From Candidatus Omnitrophota bacterium (GTDB lineage: Bacteria; Omnitrophota; Gorgyraeia; 2-01-FULL-45-10): a DNA stretch of 32,000 nt. Positions within the stretch are counted from its first letter, which is position 1; each line of letters begins with the position of its first letter. Position numbers and translations under genes: made by a program. The stretch covers positions 210,001-242,000 of the forward strand of contig JAMWCX010000002.1 of assembly GCA_023818895.1 (NCBI GenBank), written 5' to 3'. Under the pieces are notes generated by a model, which saw only the letters and a program-made list of their open reading frames with translations, was not told the origin of the DNA and ran no database searches. This document shows positions 1 through 9,104 of the stretch, piece by piece.

Positions 1-1819
1 CCAACTCCAAGATGGTCGTCTTGCCGGCCAAATTGACCGGCTTCGACCTGGCAAGTCTTGCGATCTCCGCCGCATAAACGGAATCCTTTTCGGCTCCTGT
101 CAAAACCGCCCTTACGTTAAAATCACACGCCAGCCTATCGCAAAATTCCGCTATATAAGAGGGCGGCCAATTTTTGCTTAACCACCTGTCGGAAGCCCTT
201 ACATTTATACCTACTAGCGTCTGTGAAGGCTGTAGCCAGTTCTCATTGAGCAACCTAGCGGCCTGAGCATCATCGTACCGCGAAGGCCAAAGTTCCAACT
301 CCGCTCCAGCATCCTTGACACCAGCCATCTTAAGCGTCCTTAACTGATGCTCGATCGGATTAAGGTATGGGGCGTCATCTTTTATCTTCTTATTAAGAAG
401 AAAGGACATCTTGCCGTTATCGTAGCCATAACGAAGAGGCGCCATGCTCAGATATGCCAAAATATGGCTTTTCTTGTTGTTTTGAAGGTCTATTACCATG
501 TCGAAACACTCTCTGCGCAGCGCCGCCGCAAGAGACAATAACCCTTTTAAGCCTTTATTTTTAACCTTGAAATCACATACTATCCTATCATTGATATAAG
601 GACAATTATCTAGCACCTCTCGGAACCGCAAACCCACCAGGACCTTTATCTTGGCATCCGGGTATTTGGCTCGTATCGCTCGCAGACTAGGCACACTGAG
701 TATGATATCCCCTATCGCGCTCATCTTTATCACCAGTATGTTTGGAGACTTAAGCGCTTCCTCGTATACCTGAATTGTAGACTTCATCATCTTCTCAAGG
801 TTGAAATCGGACTCCACCTTCTTTCTTGCCTCAATGGCCATCGAAATACGCAACTGGTCATCCTTATATATCCTGGCTATTTTTTCGGCCATGTCTGCCG
901 GATTCCGCGCCTCGCACAAAAGCCCAGTCTTCCCGTCGTCTATTATATCAACCACACCACCAACCCTCGTCGCGACGACGCAAACCCCTGAGGCCTGCGC
1001 CTCGATTATTACCCTTCCGAACGCTTCCGGCGTTGTAGTGGCCGAGACGAGACAGTCGAGGCCGCGCATCACCTCTGGCACGTCTTGACGGGCACCGCCA
1101 AACTCCACGATGTCTGAAAGCCCGAGTCGCCGCACAAGTATCTCCAGCTCCTCCCTGTATTTTTCTTTTGGAGCAGAGCCTACTATCACCGCCTTTATGC
1201 CCGCTATCTGACGTCTTAAAATCGAAACGGCCTTAATGAAATCGGCATGTCCCTTAAGAGGCGTTATCCGCGAGACCATGCCAACTACGAATGAGTCTCC
1301 GAAGAATTCCTTAGGCTTCGCGAAGCGGAATCTTTCCAAGTCAACACCTCGCGGTATGAGGCGGATCCGTTCATATGGCACCGCGAAATTACTGCTCATG
1401 TGTTTTGCCATTATATTCGATGCCACTATGACGTATTTGCCCCAGCTGATGGGGACGCTCATAATATGTTTGGAGTAATATCCGTGTGCCGTTGTGATAA
1501 AAGTCCGACCGGTGGAGCGGCAAGCAAAATAAGCGACGGCGGCCGGCACGCGGGAACGGGCATGCACTATATCTATATCCTCACTCCTTATGATGTCACG
1601 CAAGGCGCCGATCATCCTTAACATGCTAAATATGGACTTATTTCCTACAGGAAGGTTATAATGTCTGGCGCCAGCCGCCTCGGCTTCCGCCACAAGCCTT
1701 CCGCCGCCCGATACTATAATCGCCTTATGGCCGTGTGATGATAGATAACGCGCAAGATCAACAGTACCCGTCTCCACACCGCCTATATCCAGAGATGGCA
1801 GAATCTGAAGGATATTCAT
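1..1819 (-). CDS. Bifunctional glycosyltransferase. N-terminal GT4 (GT-B, WaaG/RfaG-like) domain fused in frame to a C-terminal GT9 ADP-heptose:LPS heptosyltransferase-like domain. The C-terminus lies beyond the left window edge.
   Basis: Hand translation of the minus strand from ATG 1819-1817 (AGAGGA about 7 nt upstream) gives 606 codons with no stop down to position 2. N-terminal part: MNILQILPSLDIGGVETGTVDLARYLSSHGHKAIIVSGGG ... GHADFIKAV ... PEAFGRVIIEAQASGVCVVATRVGGVVDIIDDGKTGLL, the typical GT4 donor-binding region. The frame then continues without a stop: ...QVYEEALKSPNILVIKMSAIGDIILSVPSLRAIRAKYPDAKIKVLVG...DLQNNKKSHILA...PIEHQLRTL...VGINVRASDRWLSKNWP...LAGKTTILEL, which are GT9 heptosyltransferase hallmarks. 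It is absent from the ORF track because the ORF is open at the window edge. Confidence 0.8.
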   Translation of the reverse strand, partial: MNILQILPSLDIGGVETGTVDLARYLSSHGHKAIIVSGGGRLVAEAEAAGARHYNLPVGNKSIFSMLRMIGALRDIIRSEDIDIVHARSRVPAAVAYFACRSTGRTFITTAHGYYSKHIMSVPISWGKYVIVASNIMAKHMSSNFAVPYERIRLIPRGVDLERFRFAKPKEFFGDSFVVGMVSRITPLKGHADFIKAVSILRRQIAGIKAVIVGSAPKEKYREELEILVRRLGLSDIVEFGGARQDVPEVMRGLDCLVSATTTPEAFGRVIIEAQASGVCVVATRVGGVVDIIDDGKTGLLCEARNPADMAEKIARIYKDDQLRISMAIEARKKVESDFNLEKMMKSTIQVYEEALKSPNILVIKMSAIGDIILSVPSLRAIRAKYPDAKIKVLVGLRFREVLDNCPYINDRIVCDFKVKNKGLKGLLSLAAALRRECFDMVIDLQNNKKSHILAYLSMAPLRYGYDNGKMSFLLNKKIKDDAPYLNPIEHQLRTLKMAGVKDAGAELELWPSRYDDAQAARLLNENWLQPSQTLVGINVRASDRWLSKNWPPSYIAEFCDRLACDFNVRAVLTGAEKDSVYAAEIARLARSKPVNLAGKTTILEL

Positions 1820-1916
1820 GCGGCATCCTCTTTCATGGTGTTTGGCATACTTTCAGCGCCATAATATTTTTTGGACATCCACCATACACTTTAAAAGACG
1901 CCTCCCCAAGGCCATG

Positions 1917-3857
1917 CTATATAAGCCGCCTAACCGCCGCAAATATCTTCTCGCGGTCGTTAGTCCCTTTGCCTGAGAACTGCTTCTTCCACGTCCTTTC
2001 GAGCGCCGCGCCAAGGCCAGCCGGAGTCGTACGAACAAGATACCCGTCCCTCTCCAGATCAGCAAGGACACGTTCGTACTTTGTCACGGCCTTCGTCTTC
2101 TTGTCAAGCTCGAAAACAACAACCTTTTTTCCGGACGCGATCGCCTCGGAGACCATTGATATAGATTCGCCTGAGACGGCTATTATATCGCTGAGTTCCA
2201 GGATGCCTGCCACAGCCCCTTCGATATTACGCTCGTTGGCCACAACGAGAAGCTTACACAACCTATTATTGCCAAGCCTGGCTTTAAGAATAGACTCTGA
2301 TTCCGACGGCGTTCTCCTGGAGGTAGTGGCGAGCATTTCGGCATCGTTTGCCTTGCAGAATTCAAGGACTCCCATGACGATCTTGTTAGTAGAGTCTTTG
2401 GTCAACATAAAACCGGCGTTATCACCACCTACAAGAAGACCAAGAACTATACTTTTCTCTATGCGCACTAACTGTCTAATCTTAGCGCCTTTTGAGCGCA
2501 TGGTATCGCCATCTATGAGATTAGGCGCCAGTGTGGTTTCAACCACGTTCTTTCTTGAAGGCGGCTTGTCATGGCGTGGTATTACGGCGAGGCTAAAATT
2601 TTTGAGACCTGGGATTCCGGGCCTCATTATGATTACGTTTCTGGCATTATTCTCCTTGGACATAAAAACATTCGCGGCGGATGTGGCAGAACCGCAAGAT
2701 ACGACGAAATCAGCGTATGTTTTCATAAGAGTGTCGTATGACTGCCCGGTAAGACAGGCCCTCATGCACAGCATGCAGCCCTGGCATCTCCAATTAGCTA
2801 AGCGGGCACATAGCGAAAGGGCTAATTTCGCAAACTTGTTTTTAAATTTCACATCTACAACGACTATCTTAGTATCGCTTTCTTTGTAGCCTTGCGATAG
2901 GCGGGCTTTTTGTATCTGGCCGGCGACCGCAAGCGACTGGTTCAAGTGGCCGGCCTTGCCATCGTTGAGTACAAGCACCGTCCTCAGAGGGGTTGACTTC
3001 CACCTTTTGTGAAGCCATAGCCACTGGTCCGGATACTGCCTCACATATCTCTCAAGCAAGCTCATGTACCTCTGCAGATTCTCCCGTACGGCATCTTTTG
3101 AAGGAGTATTCCTGAAATCTATATACTCCTCAAGATAAAGCTTATGATAAGGCCCCTTGGTACGGACGATGAAATTGGGCAACACTATCGAATCGGTCCT
3201 TTTGGCTATTTCCATGGTGCCGGAATGGCTAGAGGTGGGCCTGCCGAAGAAGTCGACAAACATTCCGTTTTTACCGGCATCTTGGTCTGCAAGTATGCCA
3301 ACGATCTTCTTCTCCTGCAGGGCTTTTAATATATTCTTTACATCCATCCCCTTCCTAATGACCTTGCAGCCGTTCGATTCGCGCAAACGGTTAAGGAGCT
3401 CGTTTAACCGCTTCATCTTCTGCTCCCTCACAAGCACCATTATCGGCCATCCCTCTACGGAACTGACAAGGCTGGAAAGCTCCCAATTGCCAAAATGGGC
3501 GGTGAGAAGGATGGTGCCCCTTCCGGAATTTGCCGCGTTTCTTATGAGGTCCATGTTCACCACCTCAACATACCTATCAACATATTCGCGGTTGACCTTG
3601 GTGAGATTGAGAACCTCCATAAATGTCTGGACCATGTTCTGATACACGCGCTTGGTTATTGTTCTCAGCTCGTGTGGCGACTTCTCCTTGGCGAAAGCCG
3701 CCTTGAGATTCGCATAGGCTATAACACGCCTTTTCTTGTTAAAGAAAAATGCAACGACACCGAGCCTTCTGCCAAGCCACAGCGTAAGGCTTACAGGCAC
3801 GAACCTAAATAAAAGATTCAGAGCTCTAACGAGAATATAAGCTATTAAGTCTAGCAA
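1917..3857 (-). CDS. Fusion protein. N-terminal lipid A late (lauroyl/myristoyl-type) acyltransferase of the LpxL/HtrB family (about aa 1-290), joined to a C-terminal ELM1/GtrOC1 (DUF1022) family putative glycosyltransferase (about aa 291-646).
   Basis: 646-aa ORF. The N-terminal half has the LpxL-family layout with the HX4E acyltransferase motif (LLTAHFGNWEL) and the family-typical end YPDQWLWLHKRWK. The C-terminal half has ELM1/DUF1022 motifs: VLVLNDGKAGHLNQSLAVA, LLVGGDN, TTSRRTP, ISMVSEAIASGKKVVVF. The start is TTG at 3857, preceded by AAGGAG 7 nt upstream, and it overlaps the lpxK 3' end by 32 nt. Confidence 0.8.
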   Translation of the reverse strand: MLDLIAYILVRALNLLFRFVPVSLTLWLGRRLGVVAFFFNKKRRVIAYANLKAAFAKEKSPHELRTITKRVYQNMVQTFMEVLNLTKVNREYVDRYVEVVNMDLIRNAANSGRGTILLTAHFGNWELSSLVSSVEGWPIMVLVREQKMKRLNELLNRLRESNGCKVIRKGMDVKNILKALQEKKIVGILADQDAGKNGMFVDFFGRPTSSHSGTMEIAKRTDSIVLPNFIVRTKGPYHKLYLEEYIDFRNTPSKDAVRENLQRYMSLLERYVRQYPDQWLWLHKRWKSTPLRTVLVLNDGKAGHLNQSLAVAGQIQKARLSQGYKESDTKIVVVDVKFKNKFAKLALSLCARLANWRCQGCMLCMRACLTGQSYDTLMKTYADFVVSCGSATSAANVFMSKENNARNVIIMRPGIPGLKNFSLAVIPRHDKPPSRKNVVETTLAPNLIDGDTMRSKGAKIRQLVRIEKSIVLGLLVGGDNAGFMLTKDSTNKIVMGVLEFCKANDAEMLATTSRRTPSESESILKARLGNNRLCKLLVVANERNIEGAVAGILELSDIIAVSGESISMVSEAIASGKKVVVFELDKKTKAVTKYERVLADLERDGYLVRTTPAGLGAALERTWKKQFSGKGTNDREKIFAAVRRLI

Positions 3858-4866
3858 CCAAAAGCTCCTTTCCAGCGGTTATCTCCATCTCTATGGCGAG
3901 CTGCATCATCGTATAAGCGCCGAACGAAAAGCTCATCCGCGCGAACTTGACCGCATCCTTTTCCGTAGTGATCAGAAAATCTAAAGATCGACCACCGCAT
4001 CTTCTTATAATGGTCTCCACATCCCTCAATGTATAATTGTGGTGGTCGCCAAACGAGATGTGTTCAAGAACCACCGCGCCCAGATCCTTCGCCGTCTCCT
4101 CAAAATATTCGGGATCGCCTATGCTCGACACAAGTATAACCTTTTTGCCTTTGGCAAAGAAGATGTCGCGATTTTTTCTCGCCTTGGGATCATAAAGATA
4201 TTTGGGTCTATGCACAGCCTCCAGAAATACGACGTGGCTGTTTATAGCCCTTATCCTGCTTCTGAGCGCCTCGAGATGGGATGGCGATGCTTTATTAACT
4301 TTGGTCAGAACCACTACATGCGCCCTTTTAAGCGCGCTTAACGGCTCTCTTAAAACACCTCTTGGGAAAAGGCGACCGTTGCCAAATGGATTTCTTGCGT
4401 CGACTAACACTATATCGAGATCCCGCTTAAGTTCCCAGTGCTGAAAACCATCATCAAGAATCGCGAACTGGCTGCCATAAAGCCTTATCGCCTTGTGTGC
4501 GCTTTTAGCCCTATCTTCCCCGACCAACACAGGTATGTCCGGCATATTCTTTTTAAGCAGCGCTTGCTCATCCCAGCCGTAGCCGCGTATGAGCACGGCG
4601 GCCGATCTCTTGAGCTCATTCTCAAGTATCCCCGCAAGCGCTATGGTAAAAGGCGTCTTCCCCGTTCCGCCGAGAGTTAAATTACCTACACTTATGACTT
4701 TAATAGGCACGCTGTGTGATTTCAATATTTTAAAACGGTATAGAAGCCTTCGCGCGAATATGGCCATGGCATATAAAATAGACAGAATGTAAAGGGCTGC
4801 CTTTAGAGGCGCGAATATAACGCCTTTGCGCTTATCGGTCATCAGTGAATATATAAAATTTACCAT
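3826..4866 (-). CDS. lpxK: Tetraacyldisaccharide 4'-kinase (lipid A biosynthesis)
   Basis: 346-aa ORF with an N-terminal membrane helix followed by the LpxK P-loop VISVGNLTLGGTGKTPF. Size and context (directly downstream of waaA, 1-nt gap) fit. Confidence 0.9.
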   Translation of the reverse strand: MVNFIYSLMTDKRKGVIFAPLKAALYILSILYAMAIFARRLLYRFKILKSHSVPIKVISVGNLTLGGTGKTPFTIALAGILENELKRSAAVLIRGYGWDEQALLKKNMPDIPVLVGEDRAKSAHKAIRLYGSQFAILDDGFQHWELKRDLDIVLVDARNPFGNGRLFPRGVLREPLSALKRAHVVVLTKVNKASPSHLEALRSRIRAINSHVVFLEAVHRPKYLYDPKARKNRDIFFAKGKKVILVSSIGDPEYFEETAKDLGAVVLEHISFGDHHNYTLRDVETIIRRCGGRSLDFLITTEKDAVKFARMSFSFGAYTMMQLAIEMEITAGKELLVARLNSLYSR

Positions 4867-4867
4867 A

Positions 4868-6145
4868 CTATAACAGTTCTTTAAGCACCGCCAAGTTACG
4901 GACTGTCGCGCCGCGGTTATTCTTTATGATATTTTGCGCAGCGGAGCCGATTGAAAAAGCAACGCTTTCCTCTTTCAGAAGGGACTTTACTCTGCAATAC
5001 AGCTGGCTTGAGTCTTTCACCTGTATTGCGCCCCCGCCCTCGAGTAGCGCGGCGGATATGTTCTTGAAATTAAACATATATGGCCCGAATATCACGGCTT
5101 TGCCGAACACCGCCGGTTCTATTGGATTCTGCCCGCCATGAGGCACAAGGCTACCCCCTATAAATACAACCGACGCGATCGAATAAGCATCGTTCAGATA
5201 ACCTATCGCATCAAGAATGTAAACAACGCGCCTACTCCTTGGCTCAGCAAGACGCGCAAATAATGAGGATGATAAAAAAAAAGGCGTAAAACCGGCTTTC
5301 TTAACTACTCTTTCAACTTCCGAAGCCCTCTCGATATGGCGAGGAGCGATCAAAAGCTTCAGATCCGGGAATTCCGCAAGCAAACTCTTATATACCGATA
5401 TTGCTATATTCTCCTCGCCGGAATGCGTGCTACCCGCTACAAACAGCCTCATCCCTTCGCTAAAGCCCAGAAATTCCTTTATCCTGCTAAGCGATTCTTC
5501 ATGAGTTTGTACTTGGAAATCGAACTTCATATTGCCGGTAACGATGACCTTTTCGGGCGGAGCCCCAAGGATCTTTATCCTCTCAGCATCCTCTTTAGAC
5601 TGCATGCAGAAAACACCTATCCTCTCAAGCGTCCTCTTAAGGAAGGGCCTGGCCATCAGGTATTTTCCAAACGATCGATCGGATATTCTGCCATTAATCA
5701 GGGCAGAAGGCACAGCCCTAAGCGAAAGCTCTTTCAGAACATTAGGCCATATTTCGGTTTCGATCATGACATAAAGGCTGGGCCTTATGAGGGCGATGGT
5801 TTTTTTTACCACAAAAGATATGTCAAGCGGGAAATAGATTATCACGGCATCTCTGGAATATAGTTTATTCGCAAGCTCCCATCCAGTTCTTGTAATCGTT
5901 GAGAACACGATAGGATTTGCAGGGAACTCCCTCTTGATGAGAGGAATGAGATCCCTGCACAAAGCCACCTCACCCACACTGACAGCCTGTATCCATATAG
6001 CGCCTTTTGCGTCCGATAGGCTTTTTCTCTTTTCTGCGGAGTAACATCCGAATCTCTCAGCAAGGCCGCCGTGCAGCTTACCTTTAAAGATAAGCGTTGG
6101 AAGGTAGAAGACCGAGAATATAAGAAAACCGATGTCATACAGCAT
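4868..6145 (-). CDS. waaA: 3-deoxy-D-manno-octulosonic acid (Kdo) transferase
   Basis: WaaA/KdtA signature IWIQAVSVGEV plus a GT-B C-terminal half (GGSLVPHGGQNPIEPA). The ORF track starts at GTG 6154. I place the start at ATG 6145 (MLYDIGFLIF...), which has GGAG 8 nt upstream and matches typical WaaA N-termini. Confidence 0.88.
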   Translation of the reverse strand: MLYDIGFLIFSVFYLPTLIFKGKLHGGLAERFGCYSAEKRKSLSDAKGAIWIQAVSVGEVALCRDLIPLIKREFPANPIVFSTITRTGWELANKLYSRDAVIIYFPLDISFVVKKTIALIRPSLYVMIETEIWPNVLKELSLRAVPSALINGRISDRSFGKYLMARPFLKRTLERIGVFCMQSKEDAERIKILGAPPEKVIVTGNMKFDFQVQTHEESLSRIKEFLGFSEGMRLFVAGSTHSGEENIAISVYKSLLAEFPDLKLLIAPRHIERASEVERVVKKAGFTPFFLSSSLFARLAEPRSRRVVYILDAIGYLNDAYSIASVVFIGGSLVPHGGQNPIEPAVFGKAVIFGPYMFNFKNISAALLEGGGAIQVKDSSQLYCRVKSLLKEESVAFSIGSAAQNIIKNNRGATVRNLAVLKELL

Positions 6146-6210
6146 TGTCACCACTCCATCTGGCGGATCTCAATTACTCTTTACGCTTCACTAATTACTG
6201 ATTACGAAAT

Positions 6211-7083
6211 CTACGCTCTCGGATGCGCCTTATCATAAACGGTCTTGAGCCTGTCCATCGTCACGTGAGTATAAATCTGTGTGGTAGACAGATTCATGTG
6301 TCCGAGTAGCTCCTGAACGCTTCTTAGGTCCGCCCCCCTGTCCAACATGTGTGTGGCAAATGAATGGCGTAAACTATGCGGTGATATCTTCTCGGCAATA
6401 GCGCAAGCGCGTATGTACTTATCTACCACCCGCCGCACGCTCCTGTCGGTCAGGCGTCTTCCCGCATTATTGAGAAAAACGGCATTTTTATCCTTAATTT
6501 TACGGACGTTCCGCGATTCCGTATACTTCCGTATGGCGTTAAGCGCTGGTTCTCCTATCGGCACCACCCTCTCCTTTGACCCTTTACCCAGCACCTTCAC
6601 AACACCGCTTATAAAATCCACGTCATCCACATTAAGACCGACTAACTCGCTTACCCTTATACCTGTCGAATAGAGTGTCTCCAGGATCGCTCTGTCCCTC
6701 AGACCTGCTTCGCTGTTATCCGGAGGCGACTGCAGCAATTTTTTCACCTTGCTGACATCAAGAAAAACGGGCAACTTTTTATCCAGCTTAGGTGTTGAAA
6801 TAGCCGTTATGGGATTTTTCTTGATATGCCCTTCGCGGTAGAGAAAACGGAAAAGGCTTCTTAAAGAGGCGAGTTTTCTGGCTATCGTTCGCTTGGAGTA
6901 GTTCTTGGAGCGAAGCTCAGCGAGAAATCGCCTCAAGGCGAGATGGTCGACTGAGTCAATCTCCCTGTCGCCGATAAAATCCCTGAATAAGCCGAGGTCT
7001 ATCGTGTAATTGGTTATGGTATGAGGCGAGGCATTTCGCTCGACCTTCAGGTAATTGATGAATTTGTCAATATACCGCTGCAT
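6211..7083 (-). CDS. xerC: Tyrosine site-specific recombinase, XerC/XerD family
   Basis: 290 aa. N-terminal SAM-like domain (YLKVERNASPHTITNYTIDL) and catalytic C-terminus HSLRHSFATHMLDRGADLRSVQELLGHMNLSTTQIYTHV. The dprA-topA-xerC neighbourhood is a common housekeeping arrangement. Confidence 0.85.
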   Translation of the reverse strand: MQRYIDKFINYLKVERNASPHTITNYTIDLGLFRDFIGDREIDSVDHLALRRFLAELRSKNYSKRTIARKLASLRSLFRFLYREGHIKKNPITAISTPKLDKKLPVFLDVSKVKKLLQSPPDNSEAGLRDRAILETLYSTGIRVSELVGLNVDDVDFISGVVKVLGKGSKERVVPIGEPALNAIRKYTESRNVRKIKDKNAVFLNNAGRRLTDRSVRRVVDKYIRACAIAEKISPHSLRHSFATHMLDRGADLRSVQELLGHMNLSTTQIYTHVTMDRLKTVYDKAHPRA

Positions 7084-7091
7084 CTGAAGAT

Positions 7092-9104
7092 CTAACCCTT
7101 ATCCTCGTGGCCTTCCGGCAGCTTCTTTGATATGAACTTGCAATTCGGATAGTTCGAACAGCCGTAAAAGGAACCCCGCTTTGAGCGGCGCTGGATAAGC
7201 TCTCCGCCGCAACCCGTAGGGCATTTTACTCCGCTTGTGATAGATTTGGCGTTCTTACAAGTAGGGTAGTCCGAACAACTGAGGAATTTGCCCCTCCGGC
7301 CCCATTTTATTACCATGGGTTTGCCGCAGATCGAACATACTTCGTTGGTCGAAACCACTTCTTTCTTTACATCCTTCATTTCAAGTTTCGCCTGCTCAAC
7401 CGAGTGGATGAAAGGCGAATAAAAACTCTTTAGCACCGTGATCCAGTCCGCCTCGCCTTCCTCTATTCCGTCCAGCTCATCCTCCATTCTGGCGGTAAAT
7501 TCGACGTCAAGTATTTTAGGAAAATGGCGCATAAGAAGTGTCGTAATCATGATGCCCAGTTCGGTAGGATGGAAATAACCCGATTCTCTTCTTACATAAT
7601 CGCGCGCCGTTATCGTCTGAATAATGGGAGCATAGGTCGACGGCCGCCCAATACCGAGCTCCTCCAGCGCCTTTACAAGCGATGCGTCTGAATATCTTGG
7701 AGGCGGTTTGGTGAAGTGCTGGGCTGGGATAATATCGAGAAGATCGAGCGGCTCATCGATGGAGAGCTCGGCCAAACTTCTGCTTACGCCTTCCTCGGTT
7801 TCCTTCTCCTGTTCCGCTTCATATACTACGGTATAACCATCAAATATAATCTTCGTTGAGGCCGCCTTGAATACATAATCCCCCGCTAGTATATCAACCG
7901 ATGTTTGGGAATAGACGGCGGCGGCCATCTGGCTGGCTATGAAACGGTTCCATATAAGCGTGTACAACTTAAGCTGGTCGGCGGTAAGGTAATCCTTGAG
8001 GGAATCCGGCTCGCGCAAAGGAAGCGTAGGACGTATGGCCTCGTGGGCTTCCTGAGCCGATTTTCTAGACTTGTATACGTTTGGTGTCTCAGGATAGTAC
8101 TTCTTGCCGAATTTCTCCAGGATATAACGCCTTGCGTCGGACTGCGCCTCTTTCGAGACTCTGACAGAATCCGTCCGCATGTACGTTATGAGACCAACCG
8201 ACCCTTCCTTGCCTATCTCGACGCCCTCGTAAAGACCCTGGGCTACATGCATAGTCTTGGCGCCGGAGAACCTAAGCTTATTGAAAGCCTCTTGTTGCAG
8301 CTTCGAAGTAGTAAAAGGCGGGTATGGGTTCTTTTTCTTCTTCGATTCCTTGATATCTCCTACTATAAAGGCCTCTTCCCTCAAGGCCGAACATATATGC
8401 TCGGCCTCTTCCTTTCTTTTTATCTCGACTTTCTTATCTTTATACCTATCGAGCTTTGCTGCGAATTTTTCCTTGGGGCTATCGCCCTTCCTTTTCAACT
8501 CAGCGGTTATATCCCAGTATTCTTCCGGTTTGAATTTCTTTATCTCCTCCTCTCGCTCCACAATCAGCTTGACCGCTACAGACTGGACTCTTCCTGCGCT
8601 TAATCCCCTCGACACTTTTTTCCAGAGAAGGGGGCTCAAAGTATATCCGACTATCCTGTCAAGTATGCGGCGCGCCTGCTGGGCATTCACCAGATGCATG
8701 TCAATATCCCGGGGATGCTTAAAGGCGTTGATAACGGCCTCCTTGGTTATCTCATCGAATTTCACCCTATAGAATTTTTTCGCCTCATGCCCCTCTTTTT
8801 CAGTCTCACTAAGAATGTTCTTTATATGCCAGCATATGGCCTCCCCCTCCCTGTCGGGGTCAGCGGCAAGATATATGGCGTGTTTATCCTTTGCCTCTTT
8901 CTTGAGCAGGGCGAGATTTTTCTTGCGGTCCGCCATCACGACATATTCAGGCCGAAAGTTATCCTCAACATCAACACCAAGTTTAGACTTCGGAAGATCT
9001 ACTATATGCCCCATGCTTGATGTGACAACGTAATTCTCGCCGAGAAATTTGTTTATGGTTTTCGCCTTCGCCGGCGATTCTACTATTACAAGCGACTTAG
9101 ACAT
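7092..9104 (-). CDS. topA: DNA topoisomerase I (type IA)
   Basis: 670 aa. Toprim N-terminus SLVIVESPAKAKTINKFLG, a catalytic region (GLITYMRTDS) and two C-terminal Cys4 zinc ribbons (CSICGKP...CSDYPTC; CPTGCGG...CSNYPNC). Confidence 0.95.
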   Translation of the reverse strand: MSKSLVIVESPAKAKTINKFLGENYVVTSSMGHIVDLPKSKLGVDVEDNFRPEYVVMADRKKNLALLKKEAKDKHAIYLAADPDREGEAICWHIKNILSETEKEGHEAKKFYRVKFDEITKEAVINAFKHPRDIDMHLVNAQQARRILDRIVGYTLSPLLWKKVSRGLSAGRVQSVAVKLIVEREEEIKKFKPEEYWDITAELKRKGDSPKEKFAAKLDRYKDKKVEIKRKEEAEHICSALREEAFIVGDIKESKKKKNPYPPFTTSKLQQEAFNKLRFSGAKTMHVAQGLYEGVEIGKEGSVGLITYMRTDSVRVSKEAQSDARRYILEKFGKKYYPETPNVYKSRKSAQEAHEAIRPTLPLREPDSLKDYLTADQLKLYTLIWNRFIASQMAAAVYSQTSVDILAGDYVFKAASTKIIFDGYTVVYEAEQEKETEEGVSRSLAELSIDEPLDLLDIIPAQHFTKPPPRYSDASLVKALEELGIGRPSTYAPIIQTITARDYVRRESGYFHPTELGIMITTLLMRHFPKILDVEFTARMEDELDGIEEGEADWITVLKSFYSPFIHSVEQAKLEMKDVKKEVVSTNEVCSICGKPMVIKWGRRGKFLSCSDYPTCKNAKSITSGVKCPTGCGGELIQRRSKRGSFYGCSNYPNCKFISKKLPEGHEDKG

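Noticed and set aside
1735-2889. Long plus-strand ORFs: 1735-2889 (384 aa), 7905-8603 (232 aa), 25505-26197 (230 aa), 30351-30977 (208 aa), 12105-12695, 18223-18747, 19137-19667 and others.
   Set aside because: Each lies antisense to a minus-strand gene with clear family motifs. Their translations are low-complexity (Ser/Pro/Arg/Leu-rich) with no recognisable domains. They are shadow ORFs.
6211-7083. The tyrosine recombinase as the integrase of a mobile element or island boundary.
   Set aside because: It has XerC/XerD-type motifs and sits in the conserved dprA-topA-xerC housekeeping context. No flanking direct or inverted repeats, tRNA target or cargo genes are visible.
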